This document shows, one piece after another, positions 39,409 through 50,239 of a DNA stretch of 64,000 nt. Origin of the DNA: Balanoglossus misakiensis (Eukaryota > Animalia > Hemichordata); the NCBI GenBank assembly GCA_040954595.2, contig JBECUI020000024.1:496001-560000 (forward strand). Reading direction: 5' to 3'. The notes beneath the pieces were generated by a model. The model did no database searches. It worked only from the letters and a program-made list of their open reading frames with translations, and was not told the DNA's origin. How positions within the stretch are numbered: the first letter of the stretch is position 1; every line of letters begins with the position of its first letter. The position numbers and the translations under genes are program-made.

Positions 39409-40228
39409 GGGACCATTCAGTTTTTACGGTGGGGGGAGGCTGGCAAAATCCAGGGGGTCACTTAAATTTTGAAATCCAAAAGAGGGAGTCATCTTTTTTT
39501 CAAACGTTTAGGGGGGAGGTCATATACATGTACCCACCGATGCTAATTTTGAGTGGAGTAGCAACAGTAAAATTGGTCCTTTCAAACATTGAGATAATTT
39601 GCTTTTGACTTCATTAAAATGCAACTTTGAGCTACATATTTTACAAAGTTTTCTTATGTGGAAGGGGGACATCCCCTCCCACACCCATCCCCTTATTTCT
39701 TCGCCACATATAGTGTACCAGGGCAGAATACTTGGCATCCCACCCCCACTGATGTTAACTTTGAGTGGCAAAAGTGAAATTTGTCCTCCCCAACATTAAG
39801 TTAATTTGCCTTTGAGTTCATTAAAATGCATTAATTGTATTTTACAAAATTGTCCTACGTACACCCACCCCTTCCACTTTTCTTGTTTTACCAATTCTAC
39901 CAACTATTGTATTGACGTGTCCTTTTAATTTATCCATAGACCTTCTTTATTGCAACGCTATATAATTATACACTTCAAATTATAAATTTCTTTAAGAAAT
40001 TTAGAATTGAGGTGTGAGGAGACCCTTTACCTTTATTGCATACAGTCAGTGTACATAAGATAAGGATGGCAAATGTTTTCAGGGTGGGAGGAGGGTCATC
40101 ATATTTTGGTCCTGTCAAAGGGGGGGGGGTCATCATTTTTTTGGTCCTGGTTGAAGGGGGTGTCGGCCTGATTTTGAAAACCAATGACACAAACTTTTGC
40201 CCCCCCTCCACCAAAACTGAACAGTCCC
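39409..40228. mobile_element. PIF/Harbinger (Tourist-like) MITE with TTA TSD; present only in the right arm
   Basis: TTA-GGGACCATTCAGTTTT ... AAAACTGAACAGTCCC-TTA. It interrupts repeat X, which is uninterrupted at about 16040, 23310 and 31645. Confidence 0.9.
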
Positions 40229-43034
40229 TTACTAAAGGACGTCAATGTCTGTTTACAGTCAAATGCATTGCCATCAGAAAAAAAAAATGCAAACAATTTC
40301 TTATGTTTGTAGTACGCACTTTTTGTATATCTGTAAACTGTGTCTCAGTTGTGAAATTCTAAGGAAATTTGTTCCTTGGGTAGAATAAAGGATTCTTAAA
40401 CAAACTTAGTCACGAAAGCTAAATGGTTACCTCAGAGAAACTGTGTTAAATTTGGTCATCATTGTTTTAAATCACACAAGACATTCCCACAGCTAAGTTA
40501 CTGCAGCAGTCAGTTTCAACTCAGCTTGCAAATTGGGATCATGTCTTGTGTTCATCGAGACTGTCTGTAGTCGAGTTGACAGTCACTACAACTGTATTGC
40601 AAATATGGCAGGGTTGGGCAACTCTTCTAATTTACATTTGAACACCTTTTCTGTTTGCGTCAAAATGATGAATAATGTTTCGTTTTCAAGAATGCCTTAA
40701 TATGGGCACCCAATACAAGACAACTGCATTGCAAATGGCATTTTCATTCAACTCTCCTGGGTACCTAAAACAATTTCAACATGGTTGACATGGCAATATT
40801 AGACAACTGTTCTAATTTGCATAATCCAAAATGGCCGCCAAATTTCTCTAACATGTTAATTTCCCATATTTGTTTTAAATGGTGTGTAATATCGAATTTG
40901 CAGGGTTTCCATTAATATGGGTACCTAAAACAATTTCAACATGGTTGACATGGCAATATGAGACAACTGCTCTAATTTGCATAATTCAAACACCTGCTGG
41001 ATAATTTAACTTTTGCCATTCTTGTCCCATGATTGTATGTATTATATCTCATAACAGGCAATTAAGTGTGCTAATTGTCAAGCCAATCTTAATTATTCAT
41101 CTGCACCACAAATCAGATGCAAGGTTTAGGACTGGGAGTGTATGTGGGAGCAGCATATAGGGGCCTACAGGTATCTTTAATGGCAAGTCCTCGGTTAAAG
41201 CCAGAAGGTTTTCAGGTTGTAGGCCTCTATTGTATCTGCAACAGTTTCTATCACCTCCATCCCACTGGCCGGCACCCGAGGGGGGGGGGGGGGGGGTACT
41301 TGAAATTTTTTCGGATGGTAGTCTGTCGCCCCAGTCGATAACATCAACACGTGTAAATGCCCAAAACCCGACCTATTTGTATTATAAGTCAAATTTTCTG
41401 GTCATTTACCCCAAGTTTTTCTTAAAGACTACATACCTATACACCTTTGTATGGGAGAACACATCCCCCACCCCCCTGCCAACACTAATTGGACAACTTT
41501 ATTCTTGTTATACTTCTTTATAAGTCTAAATGTTCAGTAAGAAAAGGCAACAAGTTATTGAAGCTGCTGACCATGGAAACTGTGATGAAGTATATTTTTT
41601 TCCTAGCTGTACATGTACAGTATAATTGGCCCAATGTACCAATTGGAGATGTGTGCCTTACAAGCAACACAGGTTGTATATCCAAGCCTTGTCTGTTGGC
41701 ACTATGAAGGGTATTGGAAGAATGTCTCTGCTGGCCACTTTGGCCAGCCACTTTTGGCCAGCAGACTATCAAAAGGGTCAAGAAAATAGCCCTAAAAGGT
41801 ATGGCACTGTATGCAAATCTAGTGCAGGAGTGGATTGATACATTTCCCATCACTGTACATGCATCATCCTGTATGGATGATATGTACTCTAGCATTATGC
41901 ACCAGATAAAAATGGTCAAAATTGCAAAAAAAGGAGATGAAACTCCCACTGGCCTTTAACGCAATCCATAGATAAAGAGACAACATGTTCAGGCATTGGC
42001 TCTAAACATGGTGGATACTGACGAGGGTGTGGTGAATGATGGTGAATCCCTGGATGTTTTGAGGTCGGAATTCTGAAAAGGATTCCCATCGTGAGTTTGA
42101 GGAACAGGATGATGCAGAGGGGCTGGCTCTTTGTGACTCCTATCAGTGGGGATAGACATATATTTGGGATACAGAGGTTGCACTTCCTTGCTTCATGATT
42201 AGTACGGTAACACTGCCAAATTTGCAACATAGTTGTATTGTTAAAGGTACCCATATGAATGTGCTAATCCTGAAAATAAGATATTGCGCATCATTTTGGG
42301 AAACATGGCAAAATTTCACTTTTAGTGGTGATTGGCGGCCATTTTTGAATATGCAAAATAGAAAAGTTGCCAAACACTGCCATATTTGCAATACATAACC
42401 AATATGGATGCAAATCCTGAAATTTTAGATATTACACATAATTTTGAGAAAAAAGGGCCAAGTTTTATTTTAGAGAAGGTATTTGGCGGCCATTTTTGAT
42501 CATGCATGTTAGAAGAATTGTCCAACATTGCCATTTTGGCAACTCAGCTGGAATAGGTCTAGGCTCCCATATGAATGCCAATAAGCAAAAAACTTCATAG
42601 GAAAGAAAATTTCTAGGTAGGAAAATTTTGACTCAACTTCTGGTTCTAATAATAGGTGTAAGGATGTGATCGTTTGATTTTGCAACATTTTACAATTTCA
42701 AGCTGTGTGTATTTAACTCTGGTGCAATTCTGGTTGGAGAGACAAATGGCTTAAGCCATTTAATTGAAAATATAGCACTACTTCACCAGGGTTGTGCAGT
42801 ACCTTTGACAACGCTTTGAACAATGTTGCAAAAAGCTTTGTGTTGAAGCTTGCTACAAGACTTGGCGTGCTGAAGCCTCTTATACTAGTCTTAGTTGAAC
42901 CTCAGCTGTAACTCCGTTTGTGAAACCTTAACATTCAAATCTTTGGCCAAAGTTAGTGTTGCAAAGCTTCTTCAAAGTTTTGTGAACCTCAACAATGCTT
43001 TTCTATAGAAACCTTTAAACATGCGGGGGGGGGG

Positions 43035-43238
43035 TGTAGTATTCTGACAGCTACGATCAATATAGCGCCCTCTAGTGTTGCATTGTTGGTGTTCCACTTG
43101 TTTATGAATTGCTGTACGACGTCACTTCCGCCCAGATAAGGCGAAGCACATTGTTGAGTCTTTTCAGCCGATCAATAAATAGGTTGTTGTTATACCTTAT
43201 GATCGCATTATTATTCCCATGTTGATGGAAACATAACA
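43035..43238 (+). repeat. 5' LTR
   Basis: TGTAGTATTCTG...AAACATAACA, contains AATAAA; identical to 47697-47900. Confidence 0.97.
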
Positions 43239-43348
43239 TGGTGGCAGCAGTGAACGTGAGTGATCAGATGTAAGCAGACTTTACACAGTATCGACTACAC
43301 AAGACACCAAAACTACAGAAGAAAAGACCATCGAACTGACCTGACAAG

Positions 43349-44152
43349 ATGGCGGCCGCACTACAAACGCCCTTCACAGCCCCAAAGATGGAATGGGACG
43401 CGCCAGATCTAGCAATAGCCTTCAGTCGTTTTCGTCAAAAATGTGAGTTAACATTTAAGACAGCACTTAAAGATGCTAATGAAGAGAAAGCTAGCTACAT
43501 ACTTCTATGGTCCGGTGAACCAGGTCTTGACAAATACAACAGTTGGTCGTTTGAAAATGAAGACCAGCGGAAAGACCCCACAGTACTATTCGACAAATTT
43601 TCCGAACACTTAGAGCCGAAGTCGAATCATCGCATACATAGATACCAATTCCAAGATATGAGACAAGACCCTGGAGAACCAGTTGATGATTTCTTTTCGA
43701 AATTGAAAAATGAAGCCGCCAAATGCAAATTTGGGGATACAAAAGAACAGGAAGCAAGACTCGTAGATCAGTTGATATGGGGGATCTGTCACCAAGAAAT
43801 ACAGAAGAAACTTATTGGGCGTGATGAGAAACTGACCTTGAAGGAGGCGCTCGATATAGCTAGAGGTCACGAAGCCACAACAAAACACATGAAAACGCTC
43901 ACAAATTGCCATATTGCTAATCCTGTGGATAGCAAAGCTGTCAACACAGTAAAAAGGCAGCCCAACAAGACACACCCCAAACAATGTAAGCATTTCGGAA
44001 AAAAGCATGACACCTCAGTGAAAAGTAACTGCCCAGCATATGGCTCGAAATGCCGAAATTGTGGGAAACCTAATCACTGGCAGGCGGTATGCCGTTCCAA
44101 AACCAGCTCAAGCGAACCGAAGTCAGAGACGAGGTGGAAAACCAATCCATAA
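43349..44152 (+). CDS. gag: Gag with C-terminal CCHC zinc knuckle
   Basis: ORF with Mag-type features (FQDMRQDPGEPVDDFF, LTLKEALDIARGHE, CPAYGSKCRNCGKPNHWQAVC). The first knuckle is degenerate (CKHFGKKH). Confidence 0.92.
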   Translation: MAAALQTPFTAPKMEWDAPDLAIAFSRFRQKCELTFKTALKDANEEKASYILLWSGEPGLDKYNSWSFENEDQRKDPTVLFDKFSEHLEPKSNHRIHRYQFQDMRQDPGEPVDDFFSKLKNEAAKCKFGDTKEQEARLVDQLIWGICHQEIQKKLIGRDEKLTLKEALDIARGHEATTKHMKTLTNCHIANPVDSKAVNTVKRQPNKTHPKQCKHFGKKHDTSVKSNCPAYGSKCRNCGKPNHWQAVCRSKTSSSEPKSETRWKTNP

Positions 44153-47135
44153 TGTGACACGCTCGAGCAGCAACATGCATCAAATAGATGATGAAGTCCT
44201 AGATGTTGGTACTATCGAAATAAATGCATTGGACAACATCAACAGACAAGAAGAAATATACACGAAACTGACAATCACACAGAGCGAAAAGAAAAGGAAA
44301 GTAGCACTGAGATGCAAGATTGATACCGGTGCACAGAGCAATATACTGCCCCTCTGCCTTTTCAAGATCATATTTCCAGAGAAACTGGATAAACACGGGC
44401 ACTTGAAGGAAAATAAAACAATCCTTACCGCATATGGAGGTTCCAAAATCAAACAGCTTGGCACCATCGTCATTCCATGTGAACATAGAGAGAGGAAAAT
44501 CAGATGCCTCTTCTATGTAACTGACGCCGCAGGCCTAGCCATTTTAGGGTTAAAGGCAAGCAGGGCCTTAAACCTGATACAAATAAACTGTTCAGTAGAA
44601 GCCATACAAGTGCAGGCGAGCCCAGAGTGCAAGACAGCACAGCCTGGAAGAAATGTGGAAGTGGAAAAGAGAAAGATGAACGAACAGAAGCCAGCAGGAA
44701 GAAACAGAAACCCTGCAGATGACTACATAGACAGTAATACACCCATCAGGGACCGCCCTCCCATAAAGAACAAAGAACAGTTGCTGAGGATGTACCCTGA
44801 TTGCTTTGACGACGTGGTCGGATGTTTTGAAAACTACACATACCACATCACTCTTGATCCAGAAGTACAACCAGTAGTACACCCTGCCCGCAGAGTTCCA
44901 TTAGAACTAATGGATAGACTCAAAACCGAGCTGCAGGAGATGGAAGATAAGCAAATCATCGCCAAAGTGAACCAGCCTACGAACTGGGTCAATTCTCTTG
45001 TTGTCCGGGAGAAAGACAATGGAAGACTTCGCATTTGTCTGGACCCGAAGGACTTGAACAAAGCCATTAAAAGGGATCATTACCCTACACCCACATTGGA
45101 GGAGATTACCCCAAAGTTGGCAGGCGCAACACTTTTCAGCAAGCTAGACGCGCGGAACGGATACTGGAATGTAAAGATCGATGAAGAATCATCCTTCCTG
45201 ACGACCTTTAACACACCATATGGCCGTTACAGATTCCTACGAATGCCATTTGGGCTAAGGATGAGCCAAGATGTGTTTCAATTCAAAATTGATGAAACAT
45301 ACAGAGAGTGTGAAGGTGCAGTCGGCATTGCAGACGATATACAAGTCTTAGGATCAGGAGAGCGACACCATGACCTGCATCTACACGAAGCCATGGAACG
45401 AACCAGGAAAGCAGGCATTAAACTGAACAAAGAGAAATGCTACATCAAGACAAAAGAATGTAGTTTCTTTGGCATGTTATACACAGAAGACGGAGTTAAA
45501 CCCAACCCAGAAAAGGTCAAGGCGATAGAGATGATGCATCCGCCTAGAGACAAGACCGAACTGCGCACATTCCTCGGAATGGTGAACTACATGGGTTCAT
45601 TCATACCCAGATTAGCTGAACACACAGCACCACTGAGAGAGCTCATCAGAGACGACACTGAGTTTGAGTGGTCTCCGACACACACAAAGTCTTTCAATAT
45701 GATCAAGGACCTGATCAGCACAAAGACTACACTTGCTTACTACGACCGTAAGAAGCCTGTCACTCTACAAGTCGACGCATCGGGAAAGGGAATCGGAGCG
45801 GTGCTCATACAGGAACAGAGACCTATAGCATTTGCGTCCAAGGCCCTGACACCAGCGGAAACCCGATACGCCAATATAGAAAGAGAACTACTCGCGGTAG
45901 TCTACGGATGTGAGAAGTTTCGCACATATCTCTACGGCAGAAGTTTCATAGTAGAGAGTGATCATCGACCGTTGGAGCAAATTCAGAGGAAGAATTTGAC
46001 CAAGGCACCACCCCGATTACAGAGAATGCTGTTGCGCATACAGCCGTATGATTTCACCATACACTACAAGCCAGGCAAACAGATGATACTTGCCGACGCA
46101 CTATCTAGACTGTCACCACAAGATCAGAACGAAATCAGTGACATGAAAGTCCAGATACACCACCTGGTGAAGATCACACCAATGAGACAGATGGAGATCA
46201 AAGAAGAAACTACCAAAGATGAAATTCTTCAATTATTGATCCAGCAAGTCCTGAAAGGATGGCCAGATAGCATCAAGGACATTCACGCTGATATTCGACC
46301 CTACTGGTCTATTCGAGACGATATCGCTATCGAAGATGGTATTATCCTGATAGGCAGCCGACTCCTCATACCAGCAGTAATGAGAGATGAAATGCTACAA
46401 CGCATTCATAGCAGTCACCTGGGGATCGAGAAATGCAAGCTGAGAGCCAGATCCAGCGTGTACTGGCCTGGAATTTGTAAAGATATAGAGAGACTAGTAA
46501 CAGGATGCAACGCGTGCCAGAAATTCCAGAATTCCCAGCAGAAGGAACCGATGATTCCAATGGAAATTCCACCACGACCGTGGCACACAATTGGAGCAGA
46601 CCTATTCTACGTGAACCAAACATGGTACATGATAGTTGCTGACTACTACTCCAAGTTCCCCTTCATTAGGAAACTTGAAGACCTCAGAGCCAGTACCATT
46701 ATGAGAGCCCTCCGAATTCTATTTGCAGAGCAAGGAATACCCGAGAAACTAGTTTGTGACAACGGATCTCAGTTTACAGCTAGAGACTTCCACAGCCTAA
46801 CTGAGAAGTATGGTTTTGCGATAGTCACATCATCACCATACTATCCCAAAGGGCACGGTTTTATCGAGCGACATGTACAGACCGTGAAGAACATCCTGAT
46901 GAAGTGCAAAGAGTCCGGAGATGATCCGAATCTAGCATTGTTGGCACTTCGCGCGACTCCATTGAAGTCCAACATACCATCACCAGCTGAGTTGCTGAAC
47001 AGCAGAGCATACAAGACAACTCTCCCAGCCAAAATTCACCCAGCAAGAAACGGGGAGGAAGTTCGTCAATACCTGACATCTCAACAGCAGGCCCAGACTT
47101 CCAGCCACGACCAGCACTCCAGACAACTACCATAA
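44040..47135 (+). CDS. pol: Pol polyprotein: aspartic protease, reverse transcriptase, RNase H, integrase (C-terminus continues past a stop to 47477)
   Basis: KIDTGAQ protease; LRICLDPKDLN, RMPFGL and IADD RT motifs; VDAS...YANIERELLA RNase H; HSSHLG...CNAC zinc domain; DLF, CDNGSQF and IERHVQ integrase DDE motifs. Confidence 0.97.
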   Translation: MARNAEIVGNLITGRRYAVPKPAQANRSQRRGGKPIHNVTRSSSNMHQIDDEVLDVGTIEINALDNINRQEEIYTKLTITQSEKKRKVALRCKIDTGAQSNILPLCLFKIIFPEKLDKHGHLKENKTILTAYGGSKIKQLGTIVIPCEHRERKIRCLFYVTDAAGLAILGLKASRALNLIQINCSVEAIQVQASPECKTAQPGRNVEVEKRKMNEQKPAGRNRNPADDYIDSNTPIRDRPPIKNKEQLLRMYPDCFDDVVGCFENYTYHITLDPEVQPVVHPARRVPLELMDRLKTELQEMEDKQIIAKVNQPTNWVNSLVVREKDNGRLRICLDPKDLNKAIKRDHYPTPTLEEITPKLAGATLFSKLDARNGYWNVKIDEESSFLTTFNTPYGRYRFLRMPFGLRMSQDVFQFKIDETYRECEGAVGIADDIQVLGSGERHHDLHLHEAMERTRKAGIKLNKEKCYIKTKECSFFGMLYTEDGVKPNPEKVKAIEMMHPPRDKTELRTFLGMVNYMGSFIPRLAEHTAPLRELIRDDTEFEWSPTHTKSFNMIKDLISTKTTLAYYDRKKPVTLQVDASGKGIGAVLIQEQRPIAFASKALTPAETRYANIERELLAVVYGCEKFRTYLYGRSFIVESDHRPLEQIQRKNLTKAPPRLQRMLLRIQPYDFTIHYKPGKQMILADALSRLSPQDQNEISDMKVQIHHLVKITPMRQMEIKEETTKDEILQLLIQQVLKGWPDSIKDIHADIRPYWSIRDDIAIEDGIILIGSRLLIPAVMRDEMLQRIHSSHLGIEKCKLRARSSVYWPGICKDIERLVTGCNACQKFQNSQQKEPMIPMEIPPRPWHTIGADLFYVNQTWYMIVADYYSKFPFIRKLEDLRASTIMRALRILFAEQGIPEKLVCDNGSQFTARDFHSLTEKYGFAIVTSSPYYPKGHGFIERHVQTVKNILMKCKESGDDPNLALLALRATPLKSNIPSPAELLNSRAYKTTLPAKIHPARNGEEVRQYLTSQQQAQTSSHDQHSRQLP

Positions 47136-47696
47136 TTGCTGACAGGTCAACAAGTCCATGTACAAAACCCAATCAGCAAAACATGGAGTCCAGCGAGAGT
47201 TGTAGCCCCAGCAAACACACCTAGGTCCTACACCGTGAAGTTAGACAACGGGAAACAAATGCGACGCAACAGGATCCACCTGAAACCAGTCAGCGCAGAA
47301 CTGAAACCAGCACAGACAGGGATGGATCAACACAATATTGCACCAGCAGTCACAGAGGGAACACCGCCTCAACAACCCGCAACGCCAGCGTCACCAGCCC
47401 AAGAATCGTTGAGATCAACACGAACCAGAACAAATATACAAAAGCCGTCTCGATACAAAGATTATGTGACTGATTGATAGCTTTTTCTGATATTGAGATA
47501 CGCCATTTGTTCCACAGAAAGTTGAGTTATACAGAGGAAAATTCATCACATTTTTCCCAGAGTATTTTTCATGTTCGTTGCGTTTGATTTTGACAAAGAC
47601 TGATTCAAGATGAATGCAGAGTTTGCACAGGACAATTCACAGTGACATTCGTATTCAAAAAAAGTTTTGAAACAATTTATCTTAAAGAAGAGGGGA

Positions 47697-47900
47697 TGTA
47701 GTATTCTGACAGCTACGATCAATATAGCGCCCTCTAGTGTTGCATTGTTGGTGTTCCACTTGTTTATGAATTGCTGTACGACGTCACTTCCGCCCAGATA
47801 AGGCGAAGCACATTGTTGAGTCTTTTCAGCCGATCAATAAATAGGTTGTTGTTATACCTTATGATCGCATTATTATTCCCATGTTGATGGAAACATAACA
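47697..47900 (+). repeat. 3' LTR
   Basis: Base-for-base match to 43035-43238 on reading. Confidence 0.97.
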
Positions 47901-49325
47901 GGGGGGACACCAACATCGTAGTCAGTGAGGTCATCTATGGTGGTGGGCGCGTCTTCCACTCAGCACTCCTCCGCGCACGCTTGGGGGATAAAAAATGCAT
48001 CAAAAACCCCTGGCGCGTCCTCGCTCCCCCTGCGTCGATGGATTCTGTGCGACTGCTTCCGCCCCCGTCCTCTCTGGTTGCTGTGTCCGGATTGATGATG
48101 TTTTCCGGTGAGGTCGGATTTCCCGGAATTCTTCCTGTCGTGATTGGGATACCCACCTCAGCAGTATGCTAAGGACACGCCAGTGGATGAGAATCGCTGG
48201 TGTGGTGGGGGAGCTCAGTCGGAACCTGTTCGGCACCTCCCACCCCTGGAAGACGCACAGGCGCTTCATCATCACCATGGACTCCGGTGAACAAAAGGAT
48301 TCCGTAGGGATCCGTCCAGGTCCGCCCCTGCGGATATAGAAGTCTAGCAGGTCGGGTATTTCATTTCCTGGACCACACAGCCAGTATAGGTGAGTTTCTC
48401 TAACGCCTCCACCGCGTCCCGCTCGCGGAATACTACCGGCTTCTCAGTAAAAATAACTGGAAGGTGGCACTGAAAGGCGTGTTTCTTCAGTTTGCGCGTG
48501 GACCTCCGGCCTCCCGGGAACGGACATGGAGAAGGGCCTGATGAGTAATGTGGAACAGAGGATAGGGGGCTCCTTCGGGCCGGCCTGGCGCTCCTCCAGC
48601 GGCGTTCGTCTTCTTTGGGCGGTTCCGGCGTCGGATACCGGATCGGTGATCGACGTCTGGGGCTGAGATCTCCCCAGCGTGAAAAGGATGGTCGTTCACG
48701 GGAAGGTGGGCGGTCCCGCCTTTCCTCTCGAGAACGCTCCGGTCGCGGCGACCGGGTTGGGGATCTGGACCTAGTAGGGCTGCCGGGGTGGCATCGAAGT
48801 TCCCAGGGGATTAGATATTCCCCCGCCTCCAACGTCGCCTCCAGCTCCAATGGGTTGATCAGTGACTGCAGCGGCAGCATTTCTTGGCGTGGGGGTGATG
48901 GCTCCTACAGCAGCCGTTGGTTTCCCCCGTCTCTCGCTACTGCTATTGGGGGTGATACACGGGTGCGGGGTGGGTCTGGCCCTTCCGACACCTCCATCGC
49001 CTGGTCCTTGTCGCCACCGAGTACCTGTTTTTCCAGCTGCGGATCCCGGAAGATGCTCAAAGTTTCCTCCAGGTCGTCAGCTGCGGTGGTGGTTCTTGTG
49101 GGCTCTTGCGGGGAGATATGGCCAACGAATCCCCCACGTACGCGGCCTGGATTGAACTCCCGAGGTAGTGTGCAGGTTTTTATGGCTGCGTCGGATGGTA
49201 CGGGCAGGTTGGCTTCGGTCTTTTCCTTCCCGTATACATGCATGGCCTCCTCCCGTACCGTGGACATCCATCCTATGTCGCCTAGAACCGTGGCTACTTG
49301 ACAGTTCTCACGGAGCATCAGGAAC
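47901..49325 (-). pseudogene. GC-rich decayed ORF: RS/RP-rich region, C2H2-like motif, PAILIHWR block and probable start of a TatD-like nuclease domain
   Basis: Broken frames give CPFPGGRRSTRKLKKHAFQCHLP, GWEVPNRFRLSSPTTPAILIHWRVLSILL, then GVFDAFF...TTIDDLTDYDVGVPP. I recall this order from invertebrate retroelement-associated TatD-like proteins (FDSHFHLDR). Stops and frameshifts are present. Confidence 0.5.
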
Positions 49326-49342
49326 AGTATTTTATGTCTCAC

Positions 49343-49549
49343 CTCCACTTCAGTTGTCGCTGTTGTATTTAATGTGGACGATGTTTTATATCTGTTGATA
49401 ACCAATGGGCCTAGTTTAACTGTGGCACCTACATCCAGTGGCAGCGCTGTTTTCTCACCCCAAAGGTTGACTTCAGCATCTCTTGTGCCATCAGTTATGG
49501 TCAGTTTACGTCTCTTTGTAGAATTCGATGTATGTGTCACTGATTCATA
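49343..49549 (-). CDS. OB-fold (RPA70/SSB-like) exon, second coding exon of a spliced gene
   Basis: Acceptor CTACAG, 207 nt, phase 0/0: YESVTHTSNSTKRRKLTITDGTRDAEVNLWGEKTALPLDVGATVKLGPLVINRYKTSSTLNTTATTEVE; donor GAG|GTGAGA. Confidence 0.65.
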
Positions 49550-49966
49550 CTGTAGTGGAAATAAAATGGAAAACATTGAATGTTAATAATTACGAGTAGT
49601 AAATGTTGTGGAGAAATAGTGCAAGAGTGGTTGTTTTTTGTCAGTTGCTTTTTAAAATTTGAACTGCAAAATGATGAATCGATGGCAGTAATTTTGACCC
49701 GAGGTGAGTTGACAAGGCATGGTTGTATCATATAAATGGATTTTCAATGTACGTGATCGCATGGAGGCTGCCATATTGGATTACATCCGAAGACCTTCCC
49801 ATTGGGCTTCGGTTGAATTCGGGAAAGGTCTCTAAAATGTAATGGGTCATTCAATTTTGTAGAGTAAATTTCTAAAAATGTAGAAGATGGGAGGTTAAGA
49901 TACCCAAAATGACTACGGCAAAAAAAAAGTCAGGCCCATAAGTTACGGGGTGCGATTATAACGTAC

Positions 49967-50236
49967 CTTTGCTCTATCATAGAGGCAAATGGTATTATCT
50001 CTTCCAGTGGAAAAGTTGCGGAGCTGTACGTATTCTCCCTTCTGTAATCTGTTCAGCCACTTCGGATTTTCTTTCCAGAATTTAAGTTCCAGAACGTTGC
50101 CATCCTGCTGCATACAAGGCACGCTAAACAGTTTCCCGTTGGCGGAATTCCGGATCTCGACATCCTCCATGAGGCGCAATTTCAGTGCCACGCCTTGGCT
50201 GGTTGGGGATGAGGGACCGGGAGCCGGGGATGCCAT
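49967..50236 (-). CDS. First coding exon, OB-fold-like
   Basis: Acceptor TTTCAG at 50250, ATG at 50236, 270 nt: MASPAPG...GKLFSVPCMQQDGNVLELKFWKENPKWLNRLQKGEYVQLRNFS...DRAK; donor AAG|GTACGT. Confidence 0.6.
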
Positions 50237-50239
50237 AAC

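Larger units (their letters stand above)
30514..41668 (-). repeat. Right arm of giant inverted duplication
   Basis: Reverse complement of 14170-24221 with arm-specific insertions at 35935-38284 and 39409-40228. Confidence 0.95.
43035..47900 (+). mobile_element. Full-length Ty3/Gypsy LTR retrotransposon, Mag-like
   Basis: Identical 204-bp TG...CA LTRs; PBS TGGTGGCAGCAGTG (tRNA-Leu-like) at 43239; polypurine tract AAAGAAGAGGGGA at 47684-47696; gag-PR-RT-RH-IN order; G-run TSD. Confidence 0.98.

Noticed and set aside
14170-41668. Assembly fold-back artefact as the explanation for the palindrome
   Set aside because: Arms differ by many substitutions, tandem-repeat copy number and four TSD-defined or empty-site-defined insertions. 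A haplotype mis-join is not fully excluded without reads.
48615-49301. 228-aa plus-strand ORF and other overlapping ORFs in the GC-rich block
   Set aside because: Antisense shadows of the minus-strand decayed ORF; high GC lowers stop-codon frequency.
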